A stretch of 64,000 nt of DNA from Eledone cirrhosa (lineage: Eukaryota): NCBI GenBank assembly GCA_964016885.1, contig OZ024742.1:197594001-197658000 (forward strand), given 5' to 3'. Every line of letters begins with the position of its first letter. Position 1 is the first letter of the stretch. Of the stretch, positions 29,601 through 43,849 are shown in pieces. A program made the position numbers and the translations under genes. The notes beneath the pieces were generated by a model, which was not told the origin of the DNA, did not search any database, and was given only the letters and a program-made list of their open reading frames with translations.

Positions 29601-31494
29601 CACCATCCTCAACCCAGTAAAGCATCAAAATATATTCACTAAAACCTTTTATAAAACAATCTCTTTTATTTTAAAATTATCGCAGATGATTAATCAAACT
29701 TTGCTAATTATAACCTTTAGGAACAATAACCTTATAAACAGTGATATAACATAACAGACGCTACATTATATTTCATGCATCACCAATTAACTTATGAAGA
29801 AAGATCGTCTGCGTTGTGAAATACAAACTTTTATGAAACATTATCACCACGTATCCCGAATCGAGCTGATTGTATAAGAAATAAGTCTTGTAGTCATCAG
29901 AGACGAATGCCAGTCCGTGCCTTCCAGAAATTCCTGTCTCGCTGAAGGTTTCTTCATTTATATCACATGTTTTTTTATCGTTGATCAAGGGAATTTCCAT
30001 CCAATCTACATAGGAATATACCTCTTACACACACGTAGGCGTCAGACGACATCTTTACTAGGAGACAAATTCCTCAAAACCCTCATTTTTTGTTTAATTA
30101 TTTTGATGGGAGAAGAGAGACCATGCTATATTTTTATTTTAGACTGTACATTTAGAAATACATTAGCCAATGTTTCTTTTCATTTCTGTGAGTGTAGGGT
30201 GTGATTTCATTAAAATTTGACTGCTCTTTCTTGAAGGTCAGGTAAATATATAATGGTTGTCACTGAATGTAATGGTTATCGTGTAAAGTGAACATAACAG
30301 TTGTTATGTGAAGAATTCCGTTTAAAGAACACTACTTAAAGAATGTTTATCCAAAGCCTGTTGTCGGTAGATCAGTGTTATTAAAGAAACTTTGAAAGAC
30401 AAGCATCGCAGAAAAATAAAAACGTTTGTTTTGTCTTTGTGTAGAATTTTGATATTTTCAAGATAAGATTTATAAGTTTCCACTCCGTTTTTTCCTACCC
30501 TTCTACTTCTCTTTACATCTAGGTTGTTAACCTGTCAATACTGCAATACAGTTTCCTACATTGACTAAAATACCATCACGAATTGTTGACTCCTATATGA
30601 TGATTAGATTTTTCATACCAAATAGAAATTTAAAAAAACGTTTGTTATTTTGAAACAACAGGTTGCAGTAGTGTTCGCATTTAAAAACTAAGTCAGACTA
30701 TTTTGGTATTGAGAAACTAATGTTGTACAACACTTTCCTACGTTATCTATAAATATGTTGTTGCCTTTAAAGTAAGAGTGTTCTCGTATGTTCCTTTTTA
30801 GTCTCCTTTTTAAAACTTTAACTGAGTGAAACTTCTACAATAAGTTTTACTGAGTAAACAACAATTATTTAATATTAAGTTCATTTCCAGTACTTCCTCC
30901 TTTCTTATGAGTATCACTGCAGGATTTAGTAATAGGAACAGCTGCTATACATTAAATGACAAGCCATACACATGTGTATGTGATGGAATTTACAATTATT
31001 TCATAGATGTTTCTGGCCTTTTCGTTTTCTCTGAGATTACTGTTAAATGTATTGTTATTTCCGTTGTTAACGTGTTTTCGTTTATGATTATGTGAATGGG
31101 GGCAATGATGAAGCAGTGCTACAAGAATGATAAACAGAAGAACGAGTACTATAATGATTTTGATATTGGGCGTTCTTACTATCGCAACAGTTGTTGCAGC
31201 AGATATATTTTCTATTTCTTTTTAACGTCTGTTTTGTTGTCGTTTGTTCATGATAAAAATTAATAATAACGTCTGCCTGTCTTCGTTCTCTTTACTGTTC
31301 TTCCCCTCGTTTTTGTTCTCTCTTCTGCTACAGTTTTTTGGGGAGTTTTTTCACACATTCCTGGTCATATTTTAGTTAAGTAACGTCGTCACAATATTTT
31401 TTTACTCCTCAACTCCGCAGCCATGTTGAACAATGTTTTTTTTCTCAAATAAATTACATTCATATTGTTCCTGGTTCTGTTTGTACTATTTTGT

Positions 31495-32204
<710 letters not shown>

Positions 32205-32559
32205 TATATAATTCTGACTTTGCCTTCAGCTCTTGTTTTCGTTTTGTACAGTTTCGCCTCACCGAAATATAATCTAGTAAAATGAATGATTCATAACAGA
32301 TGATATAACATACATAGACAACTCCTGCATCACAAGTTGATAAACATTAAGACATACGTATAAAACAATTAAGAAATTCAAGTGGTGGGAGGCGCTAGCA
32401 AATAGACAAAACACAGGAGAATGTGGGGAGGAGCTAAACGTTATTTATGTTTACATATCACTAATAATTAGGTGAGTGAGGCGCAGAAAAACACCACCTA
32501 ATGCTGAATAAACCTACAGAAAGTATAACGAGAAGAACTTTTCAACAAAGATCAGTCAA

Positions 32560-32835
32560 AATTGAGCTGATTAAACAGAGTAAATATCAAATACTATCTA
32601 ATACTATGGGCATGTGGTTAGAATGTCTCAGGAAAGAATCACTGGACAGATTTTACGGGCCAAACCAACCGTCAAGAGACCCAGGAGTAGACCCCGAGCA
32701 AGATAGTTGGATAACACCAGCTTGGCTGGTCTCGTTTGGAGATCCCGCCGGATCAGTTGGAGATGTTTGCTTCTGACAGGATCTGCTGGAAGGAGTGTTT
32801 GGGAACTCTGCTCCCACAACCCTTTCAGGAATAAG
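32560..32835 (+). mobile_element. Decayed RTE LINE 3' fragment
   Basis: GHVVRMSQERITGQILRAKPTVKRPRSRPRAR...SDRICW; homologous to 63090-63400. Confidence 0.7.
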
Positions 32836-32885
32836 AGGGCGAAGAAGAAGAATTGTAAAAGTGTTCTGAATCATTTTTGTATATA

Positions 32886-33004
32886 CAGGGTGCCCCCCCC
32901 CCCCCCCCCCCCAAAAAAATGTATACATATTTTAACAGAATTCTAATAAATATTACCTGCGCAAGTAATCAAAGTGCGTATATATTTTTTGGGGGGACAC
33001 CCTG
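32886..33004. mobile_element. Tc1/mariner-type MITE (second copy, reverse orientation)
   Basis: TA|CAGGGTG...GACACCCTG; internal sequence is the reverse complement of 2173-2281. Confidence 0.75.
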
Positions 33005-33579
33005 ATATATACACAGTGGCGTAGAATCCTCCATAGTTCAGTAACTACACACCTAGGTTGTATGGGATCAGTTTAATGTGCAATGAAGAATTATTTTGAA
33101 AACACAACATAAGCTACAAACAGAATGAATTGATCTAACGACTGAAGTAAGTAAGGAAGCAACTTTTCGTTGTTTTCTCCTTACTGATAGTAAGACGAGT
33201 GTCTTAGTATTGGGAGCTGTAAAACGATTTGTTAATGAAAGAATAAAAGTGTTAAATTTCATTTTTATCTGTTATACATAAACATATTATGTCAGCTATA
33301 TGTTACATAAACATATTATGTCAACTATATTTTATATATAAACACATTATGTCAACTATATTTTACAAAAAGAAGTTACACAATGATGGAAATATGAAAA
33401 AAGATAAAACCAAAATTAAGTAATGAAAAAAAGGGTGAGGGAGAAAAGAAGGGCAGATCTGACTGTATAGGAAAGTAGAGGAAAGGACTATAAATGGCAT
33501 AAATGGGAGGAAAAGGAGGGAAAATGCAAGGACTATTGGGCCATGGGAGAAGGGGAAAGGGTGACAGGCTCTATGCCAG

Positions 33580-33765
33580 GGGCGGTGTTGCTGATTATAC
33601 GATGGATTGACAGAACCGTTAGAGCGCTTGACAAAATGTCTTGAGTTCAAATCCTGTCGAGGTCAGCTTTGTCGTTTAATGTTTCCGGGTCGATAAAATA
33701 TATACCAATCAAGTACTAGTGTGGAATGAATGGACTACAATTGCCCTCAAGTGTGAGGATTGTGT
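33580..33765 (+). mobile_element. Decayed tRNA-derived SINE
   Basis: gagttcaaatcctgtcgaggtcagcttt...gggtcgataaaat. Confidence 0.7.
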
Positions 33766-34239
33766 CTGTTATGAGCCGACTAAAAACTATACAACCAATT
33801 CTTCATTGGAGGAGTAGCGTCTCTACATGATACTATTTTTTTTATATCTAGGGGTGACAGAATCAGCAATGTTGAGCCATGAGGTCTGCGACAGCCAATT
33901 AGTAGTTGACTGTCATACACCCAAACTTTAACGGTTAGATCTTTGAATTATATACAATAGAGATTCAAACGTTAGCTTCAGTTTACCTCTTCGTCCAGAT
34001 GAACTGCTAATCAGCAAATATCTTTGGTAATTTTGTGACTGTTGACTTAACAATCTTTGAATCTAACCCAGGTTTCATTGCCCAACATGTTGAACATCGC
34101 AAGCTTTGGGGGTATCTAGCACTTTCCGATAGGTTAATCGATGCGCCTAAAGCAATGGAAACTTCTGGCGTCTTGACTCCCCGAACCATCTCGCTATTCA
34201 CTGTTAGCGGGACGGAGTTGGCCACCTGCAAGAAGAAGA

Positions 34240-34462
34240 AGAAGAGTAGTCTAGCGGTTAGGGTTGAATGTTGTGTTCTTGAACAAATTCAACGTTGCTC
34301 CGGTACACTCTGAAGGAAATGAGTACCAGAAGTAGCTGGGGATTTAACCCTGCAATAGACTGGCGTGTTGTCCAGGGGAAGGTCTTTACGCTCAGTTGCT
34401 TAACGCCAAGAGATAATCATTGGCCTTAATGAGCCTCAGGGTTTGAGACAGACTTTAGACTT
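34240..34462 (+). mobile_element. V-SINE-like element
   Basis: aaccctgcaatagactggcgtgttgtccagggga resembles the V-domain; tail gactttagactttaa. Confidence 0.55.
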
Positions 34463-34864
34463 TAAATATAAAACGTGCTCTTCACTAGACCATAATAACA
34501 CATGGTTCTCTAAGTACTTGCCTTCTTTTCTTATTATGACACTTGGGAAAGCTAGAAGCAACTGAACTGATTGCAAATTGCTTCATAGATTTCATGTAGC
34601 ATTGCAGAGAAGCCCACTGCAGAATTGTAAACATTTAGTTAATAAGCACCGAATAAAAGGAAATGTTTATAGCAGTTGTAGGCAAACTGTGTTCCCATTT
34701 AGGTTTCTGAATGGCACACCTAATTTGAAGATGACCTGGAAATCTTTAGTAGTGTTTCCCGCCTTATAATGAGTCACATCCTATGCGGCCCACCATATGA
34801 TGAACCATTTTCTATGCCACCCACCTTATGATCAACGATATCCTATGCGTCCCAATGGTAAAAA

Positions 34865-35110
34865 AAAGATGACTTTGGTAGGATTTGAACTCAGAACATA
34901 AAGAGCTAAGCATTTGTCCGAAACTCTGCCAACCCTACTAATCCCCTGCCCTAACTAGAACATAATAATGATAATGGTTTCTGATATAGGCACAAGGCCA
35001 GCAATTTGGGGCGAAGAGCAAGTCGATTAAATCGACCCCAGTGCATTACTGAAGCTTTATTTTATTGACCTCATGAGGATAAAATAATGGTTTCTGATTT
35101 GGACACAAGG
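34865..35110 (-). mobile_element. Fragmented SINE copies
   Basis: ggatttgaactcagaac and ggcacaaggccagcaat...gaccccagtgcattactg are reverse complements of SINE parts. Confidence 0.75.
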
Positions 35111-35359
35111 TCAAATCCTGGTCTATAGTTACATGTTTTACCCGGTGACACAGTTCAACGTCTACCATTAAATACGAACCTACGGCCTATAAATTCTGAA
35201 TGGCACTCTTAATTCAATGGGTTTTACTTGACAGAAAAACAACTTTCTCTAATCCAACCGTGTTGTTATTGGAACCAAGGCTAAATAGAACTGTGCTGTT
35301 GTGTTGTTTTATCTTAGCAAGACGCCCATATGTAGAACAGTGTAGTAAATAACAATTTC

Positions 35360-35373
35360 GTCACCATGGCAAC
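35360..35373. promoter_or_regulatory. RFX X-box-like motif
   Basis: GTCACCATGGCAAC fits GTNRCC(N0-3)RGYAAC in unique sequence; a GTAAGT donor follows at 35609. Confidence 0.35.
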
Positions 35374-35644
35374 GAATGACATTTACAAAAGAGACATGCT
35401 TTTCCTATTAACATCAGCAATAGCCATGTAAAACACAGAGTGCATTGGTTCGCTAGACATCCGTCATCTTATGAGTAGCACCTGTTTATAATGTAAATCT
35501 GAAGGTGGTGGAGGACGGTGTAGAAGAGATACCAGGAAAAACTATATAAACACATCTTAATCATATTAAAACAATAATTCTGTGTGTTCGACTTGAAAAT
35601 ATTTATGAGTAAGTTTTTACATAACTTCTCTTAATTATATCGGA

Positions 35645-37930
35645 TATGTGTGTATTTGTGTGTCTCTATCTGTGTATGTCTGTATGTGTGTATGTGTGTA
35701 TACCTGTATGTGTGTATGTATGTATGTATGTATGTATGTATGTATGTATGTATGTATGTGTGTATGTATGTATGTGTGTATGTGCGTATGTATGTATGTC
35801 TGTATGTGTGTATACCTGTATGTGTGTATGAATGTATGTGTGTATGTGTGTATGTGTGTATGTCTGTATGTATGTATGTATGTATGTCTGTATGTCTGTA
35901 TGTATGTGTGTATGCCTGTATGTGTGTATGTCTGTATGTATGTATGTGTGTATGTCTGTATGTCTGTATGTATGTGTGTATGTCTGTATGTGTGTATGCC
36001 TGTATGTGTGTATGCCTGTATGTATGTATGTATGTATGTATGTGTGTATGTGTGTATGTCTGTATGTCTGTATGTGTGTATGTATGTATGTATGTATGTA
36101 TGTATGTATGTATGTATGTATGTGTGTATGTCTGTATGTGTGTATGCCTGTATGTATGTATGTATGTATGTATGTGTGTATGTCTGTATGTGTGTATGTC
36201 TGTATGTGTGTATGTCTGTATGTGTGTATACTTGTATGTGTGTATACCTGTATGTATGTATGTCTCTATGTGTGTATGTGTGTATGTGTGTATGTCTGTA
36301 TGTGTGTATGTATGTATGTATGTATGTATGTATGTATGTATGTATGTATGTATGTCTCTATGTGTGTGTGTATGTATGTATGTCTGTATGTGTGTATGCC
36401 TGTATGTGTGTATACCTGTATGTGTGTATGTCTGTATGTGTGTATGTGTGTATGTGTGTATGTGTGTATGTATGTATGTATGTATGTATGTATGTATGTG
36501 TGTATGTATGTATGTGTGTATGTCTGTATGTGTGTATGTGTGTATGTATGTATGTCTGTCTGTATGTATGTATGTATGTATGTATGTATGTATGTATGTA
36601 TGTATGTATGTATGTATGTGTGTATGTCTGTATGTGTGTATGCCTGTATGTGTGGATGTGTGTATGTGTGTATACCTGTATGTGTGTATGTATGTGTGTA
36701 TGTCTGTATGTGTGTATGTGTGTATGTCCGTATGTGTGTATGTATGTGTGTATGTATGTGTGTATGTCCGTATGTGTGTATGTATGTCTGTATGTATGTC
36801 TGTATGTGTGTATGTGTGTATGTCCGTATGTGTGTATGTATGTATGTATGTATGTATGTATGTCTCTATCTATGTATGTGTGTATGTCCGTATGTGTGTA
36901 TGTATGTCTGTATGTATGTCTGTATGTGTGTATGTATGTATGTCCGTATGTGTGTATGTATGTATGTATGTATGTATGTATGTATGTATGTATGTATGTA
37001 TGTCTCTATCTATGTATCTGTGTATGTCTGTATGTGTGTATGTCTCTGTCTGTGTATGTATGTATGTGTGTATGTATGTATGTGTGTATGTCTGTTTGTG
37101 TATATGTGTGTATGTATGTCTGTATGTATGTCTCTATATGTATATGTCTGTATGTGTGTGTGTCTGTATGTGTGACACTGTGTATATGCGTATGTCTGAC
37201 AGTGTATATGTGTGTGCGTGTGTATGTGTGAATGTGCGTATGTGTCTCACAGTGAATATGCGTGTGTATGTGTCTGTATGTGTGTAGGTGGGAATATATC
37301 TGACACTGTGTATATATATATGTGTGTGTGACGGTGTATATGTGTGTGTGTGTGTGTGTGTGTACGTGGGAATATATCTGACACTGTGTATATATATGTG
37401 TGTGTGACAGTGTATATGTGTGTTTGTATCTGTCTGTGTATATTTATGTGTGTCTAACATTGTATATGTATGAATGTCTGTCTGGCAGTGTACATGTGTG
37501 TGTGTCTGTATATCTATATGTGTGTGTATGCCTGAGAGTGTACATGTGTGTGTATCTCTGTATGTGTGTATGTGCGTGTGTCTGACAGTGAATATGCACG
37601 TGAGTGTCAGTATGTGTGTATGTGTGTGTGTATCTGACAGTGCATATGTGTGTGTGTTTTTCTGTCTGTGTGTATTTGTGTGTGTATGTATGTCACGGAG
37701 TATATGTGTGTATGTATGTCTGTATGTGTGTGCATGTTTGACACTGTATGTATGTATATCTGTGTACATGTATGTCTATATGTGTGTATGTGTGTATATG
37801 TCTGATGGTGAATATGCGTGTGAGTGTCTGTATGTGTGCGTATGTCTGACAGTGTATATGTGTGTATCTGTCTGTATGTGAATATGTGTGTGTATGTGTG
37901 TATGTGTGCATGTGTGTGTATGTCTGACAG

Positions 37931-37975
<45 letters not shown>

Positions 37976-38038
37976 ATGTATGTAGGTGTGTATATGTGGA
38001 TGTCTGGCATTGTATATGTGTGTGTATTTGTGTATGTC
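35645..38038. repeat. (TATG)n/(TGTA/TGTC) microsatellite-minisatellite array
   Basis: Directly visible. Confidence 0.97.
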
Positions 38039-38184
38039 TGGGGGAGGTGCATCTGACAGTTGTGCTTAGGGTATTAAAACATAAGTATCTCGATGTTTAT
38101 GAGTTATGAGTCAGTATATTTTAAAAGAAGGTACTCTTTGTATAAAAGTGATTACATATGTATATGAGACACGTAGAATGTGAT

Positions 38185-38231
<47 letters not shown>

Positions 38232-38338
38232 ACGCACATATACACACACACAAACATGAAACACATTTCACACATCCAGAAGCAAGCATTCATTTATCTC
38301 GGACACCCTAAGTTCAAATGCATATACACACACACACA

Positions 38339-38374
<36 letters not shown>

Positions 38375-38380
38375 CCCATT

Positions 38381-38443
<63 letters not shown>

Positions 38444-38449
38444 TATTGA

Positions 38450-38866
38450 AGTTTCCGTTGAAAATTGAAAAAGTCATTGGAGTGAAGAGTGCTCTATGTA
38501 AGTACCAGAGCAAAATGTAATGTATAATAAACAATACAATATAATTACCTCATTACCAGAGGTTTCCCGAATAAGACGAATACGAAAAACGTCCTCATTC
38601 GTTCGTCGGAGAGGTGGTAGTGCATTATAAGCCTTCGCCCCCTCACCAGATGGTCATTAGTAGACCGAGTTGCCATCACTTGAGGGCGACTGGCCGAGGT
38701 GAAAGCAACTAGTTGGTCAGTCGTCCTCTTTGTCTCTGTCTCTGATTTTTCGGACCCATGGTTTTTTTACATATTCCTTTGTTATATTTCGAATACCTGA
38801 TGTTATCACCGGATTCATATGGAACCCGGTCATTGAAGGATTTACACCAGTCCAGCCTCCTGTTAT

Positions 38867-38872
<6 letters not shown>
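38450..38872. mobile_element. PLE pLTR remnants with degenerate hammerheads
   Basis: 38788-38870 is a deleted copy of 45187-45297; 38687-38724 has GAAA-gc-aactagtt-g-GTC with stem cgact/agtcg. Confidence 0.5.
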
Positions 38873-38933
<61 letters not shown>

Positions 38934-39522
38934 ATATATATATATCATGCAGTCACCTTACATATGCTCATGCAGAAGGCCAGAGCCATGCCCCTGGACC
39001 AGCGGTGATATATGAAGCAGAAGTAACCTCCACCAAGCAGAGCCACCAAACTGATACAGATCCAACCATTTACCGACAGCACTATTAGTCCATCCAGGAT
39101 CACAGTAGCTGACAAAGTATTCAGACATTGACCATGGAACTACCGCGACTCACCTCCTTTCCTAACACGCGGCTTATTGTTGTCTTCTTTCGTCTTGGTG
39201 TTTCCTACGCCATCTGGTTGTGGCGGTTAAAACCAAACAATATTTTCTACAGTGGATGTCACTTTCCCCGTGTGTCACCCTGTGTGTACCTTCATAGCCA
39301 TTTTCACCACATAATTGTACGGCTTAAACGTCATACATTTAATTCTAAACACATAGGTTTTATTTTCATCTTAATAATCCGAGGACCGTTTTGTCTATTT
39401 TGTCAGAGACTGTAACCCCCGATGGACCAGCTGTAGTGTCGGTATGGGTCGAGACTATGTACGCCCATTTCGACAGGTGATGCCGAGGACTGTTTTTATT
39501 AGTTGCCAATATCATATATATA

Positions 39523-39888
39523 CAGGGTATATCAAAGAGAATCATTCAATTTTATTTACAATTTTTCAAATGCTCAATATGTAAATAACTTTATTAAAAT
39601 GTATTGAAAAATAAATAAACTTTATATTCAGACATGTATTGCACAAGTTACCGCATGATTATATGGTCATTGTTTAAGAAATATACCGCATTTCCCGGCG
39701 CCGAAGACGCTTCGTCCTCGAGTACGCACCCTAATTTTGACAACCAAAAATTTGAAAAAAAATAATAAGCAACCTTCGGCCTCCAGGACACATGGTAGAT
39801 TTTTGAGACTTATTTTAGGAAAAAGTAGCGTCTTCGACGCCGGGAAATACAGTAGCCTTTTCAGATATAGAATTTTTGATACACCTTG
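39523..39888. mobile_element. Tc1/mariner-type MITE with nested Tc2-like MITE
   Basis: TA|CAGGGTATATCAAA...TTTGATACACCTTG. Confidence 0.6.
39686..39852. mobile_element. Tc2/pogo-like MITE
   Basis: TA|CCGCATTTCCCGGCGCCGAAGACGCT...AGCGTCTTCGACGCCGGGAAATACAG|TA; ~26-bp TIRs and TA TSD. Confidence 0.85.
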
Positions 39889-40329
39889 TCTATATATAGA
39901 AAGAAGTATATATAGACATATATAATACATTTATATACAATAAACATATGGGTAGCCTCACTGCCGAAGAAAGATAGATTTTCGTGACGAAGTGAAACGA
40001 AAAATATTGAATATTTCTCTATTTTCCTCTATGAATATATCACGGAGTTGCCAGTATAACTGAGAGTGTCAGACAAAGCTGTTTCAAGATTTGTTAATCT
40101 TTCATCGGTGACACTCACTCATAACATGCTGGCATGGAAATGATTATAGACGAGATAGAATTTTACGTGATAATTACTACCTGCTGTAGATGCACATTTA
40201 CATATACCAAATAGAAAATATCGACTGCAAGTGGTCATTTTCATATAGCGCAAGCTTGTCTTGTTATATATACATATACACCTCTATTCTGCTTAAATGA
40301 TCTCTTTGTGTAAATTGAAAAAAATTATA

Positions 40330-40378
40330 AACATATTTAAGCGATTTTCTGGCCTATTTGGACCCTCATCAGAAGGAG
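40330..40378 (-). ncRNA. Degenerate hammerhead motif
   Basis: cctt-CTGATGA-gggtccaaataggcca-GAAA on the minus strand; stems III and I decayed. Confidence 0.45.
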
Positions 40379-40879
40379 TGTACATCATCCAAACATCTGG
40401 TTTGGCCACTGGTTTCCCGTCCCCTAATGTTCTCACTATACATATTGTGCATGTATGACTCCTGTTCGTTCTTTCTTCATGTCAGTTAACCGTTTCTGCT
40501 CTCCTGTACAGCCCATTAGCATATTTATTAGGATTTTCGACGAACCTCCTGAGCCGTCTCCTTTTCTTTCTTCTTTCAATTCCTGCCAGCTGCCAGAGGC
40601 TCCTCGTAACATCGACACGCAGCATTTTCAAACGGCCTTCCTATACATAGAAAGGTCCTGTCCGACATTCTCCGAGGTTCCCGATGGAATCCTTGATAAT
40701 GGATTGTACATCCTAAATATTGGGACTAATAAATATCTCTTAAGTAACATTATCTCTGGTTCTTGTTTTTCTTCCTCATTTGTTTCCCGTAATATTCACA
40801 AGCCTACCAACTTGCATTGTACCGACCTCGAATACGTAACCACTTTTTACACACATACTCACACGCACTTGCGCACGTA

Positions 40880-41047
<168 letters not shown>

Positions 41048-41276
41048 GTATTTTTGAAAATATAAACAACATTGTATGCACAGTTTGAACTTTCGAACCG
41101 CTGAGAAGCTATTTATAACAACCAACTGTATTTACAGTTATTTTTCTGCGTCTGAGTTTTCCTACAATTTTTTTATATACAGATGCATGCATATGTGTGT
41201 GTAATATACATAAAAGCGCTAAATATATATAGCTATTCATTCATACACACAAAAACACACACAGACACACACACAT

Positions 41277-41330
<54 letters not shown>

Positions 41331-41375
41331 GGCTTCTACAGGACTAGAACTGTTTCATTCGTAGTACTAAACACA

Positions 41376-41457
<82 letters not shown>

Positions 41458-41461
<4 letters not shown>

Positions 41462-42497
41462 GGTGATGGGTGTGTCCCAGATAACATGCTTTTGGTCTTC
41501 TTGGCACTGATATTGAGACCTAAGCTTCCTGCTTCGACATTGATATTGTTCATAATGATTTGCAGGTCAGCTGTGCTCTCTGCAAGTGCAGCAATATCGT
41601 CCGCAAAGTCCAGGTCAGACAACTTTTGCTCTCCCACCCAAGATATACCCTGGTCTTTAGATGCTCTTCTTAGTACCCAGTCAATGGCTATGGCAAAGAG
41701 AATTGGGGAGAGCGAGCAACCTTGACGCACGCAAGGAACCACCTCAAACCAGTCACTGTAACCATCCTCTGTCCGTATGCAGCACTTGGAGTTTGCGTAA
41801 ATCTGTTTGATTGCCGAAATGACTTTCTGGGGCAGACCATACTCACCCATCACCAACTAGTGTTTTCATTGAACAGGGGGAGGTGGAGATAGTGGACAAC
41901 TTCACCTACCTAGGAAGCTCCATTGACAATGGGGGCGCCATGGACAGTGAATTGCAATGTAGAATGGGAAAGGCTTCAGCAGCATTTAACCAGCTTTTCA
42001 AGATCTGGAAGAGCAGGAAGTTCACCCTCAAAACAAAGATGAGATTCTACAACAGCAACATGCTGTCCACACTCTTGTGAAACATGGCACCTTAAGACCA
42101 GCCAAGAGAAGAAGTTGGACGCATTCGATTCCAGGTGTCTGCGAAAGATCCTGGGGATTAAATGGAGTGACCATGTAACAAAAGAGGGAGTCAGGAACCG
42201 TACCAACCAGCAGCTGGTCTCTTCTGCCATCTGCAAGAGACGCCCGGGCTGGTTTGAGCACGCTTTGAGACTTCCCCCGGAGAGACTGGCGAACCAAGTA
42301 CTTAAATGGAACCTACAGGGAAGCAGACGGAGAGGGCGACCCGAAATGAACTGGCGCCAGAGAGTTGAGAGGGACCTGCGAGCGACAAACAGACAATGGC
42401 GGGACGCTGTGCAACTGGCTGCTGACCGAACGAGGTGGAACACTATGATTGCCTCATGCGTCGCAAGACGCGGGAGCCTCTGAGTCTCTGAGTCTGA
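41458..42497 (+). mobile_element. RTE LINE insertion with inverted 5' segment (41458-41856 minus; ~41845-42497 plus)
   Basis: Minus strand: VRQGCSLSPILF...LDFADDIA...LNISAKKTKSM...HPSPT; plus strand continues HPSPTSVFIEQGEVEIVDNFTYLGS...ADRTRW; tail (tctgagtc)n; both ends in (TA)n. Confidence 0.92.
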
Positions 42498-42498
42498 T

Positions 42499-42593
<95 letters not shown>

Positions 42594-42828
42594 CTCCTAC
42601 GTGGATTATATATATATATATATCTTTGGTTATTCTACATAGAGTTATTCTACATTTTTCATACCACCAACGACTTTAAATACCCATCAAATATTAGAGA
42701 ACCGGGCCTAGTAATTTCCATAGTTTCAATGCTTAAATGGCAGCGAATTCATTTAGCGTAGTAAAAATAGCCGTCGAAACGGCTTGAGCTCCGCTGTCGG
42801 AGTCATTTTCCTATATATATATATATAT

Positions 42829-43038
42829 ATTAGAATAACAGATTAAAATTTAAGCAAAGAATCGTTGCTTTCACCCTTAACGAGATCTTAAGATCCCGTT
42901 AAGGGTGAAAGCAACGATTCTTTGCTTAAACTTTAATCTGTTATTCTAATTAATATTTGCTCTAGGGTTCTTATATATTTGATATATATTTTCCTTATCG
43001 AGCCCTCTTTGGATTTTAGTCTTCCCATTTATTATTAC

Positions 43039-43040
<2 letters not shown>
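42829..43040 (+). mobile_element. Fold-back PLE remnant (~122-bp palindrome 42829-42950 plus tail)
   Basis: attagaataacagattaaa...gatcttaagatc...tttaatctgttattctaat; contains tcccgttaagggt-GAAA, similar to 15467-15481. Confidence 0.75.
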
Positions 43041-43107
<67 letters not shown>

Positions 43108-43849
43108 CCGATATACTTTCGTTTTCCCTCTCACTATTGAGTCAGTATCATTATGACGCCAACCAAGGGAAAACAGAGAGGGAGAGCAGGGAGAGAGAGA
43201 GAAAGAGAAAGAGAGTCTGCGGTGCTGAGACCGAGGAGTACTCAATGCATGGGGAGATGCAGAGTGGGTATAGAGATATGTAAAATCCTCACTGCGGCTT
43301 CAAGCTTTTTACATCTCTCGTCCTCTGTGTGTGAGTGTATATATATATATATATGTATATAGCCCTAGTATCGAGTACTCTGGTGGATTATGGTCTACCT
43401 GGTTTTACCACATCCGATCTGATATATATATATATATATATATATATTTTCTCTCTCTCGTCTACGATTTCACAGAACTTACGTTCACCGAATTCACAGA
43501 CTAGACCCCTTCTTCCTCCCGTTAGACCTGTGCGAAATTCCTTCCTTGCTCACATTTCAACCAGGTTTGATGGTCTTTATTCTCTCTCGTTCACGATTTC
43601 ACCGAACTTATATTCATAGACATTTTTGGACTTGACTTCTTCTTCTTCCTCACTTTTCGTTGCTTCACCTTCTTTGTTTGTTTACACTCTCGCTGTTCCC
43701 TTTATTTACATGTCCCAACGACTTTCTTTAGCCGTTGCTCGCACCAACCGGAGGTATATGGTCTTTAAAGCGATGAAATACCAATGATGGTTGGAAGATC
43801 CCTGATGAAGGACTAACTTTATTCATATATATATATATATATATATATT

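Noticed and set aside
29885-29905. CTGATGA on the minus strand as a hammerhead
   Set aside because: No GAAA or stems at suitable spacing
33830-34245. Possible LINE 3' end with (AAG)n tail
   Set aside because: No recognisable protein motif in any frame I could read
35646-37881. Long MYVC/VCVC ORFs
   Set aside because: (TATG)n and (TG)n repeats
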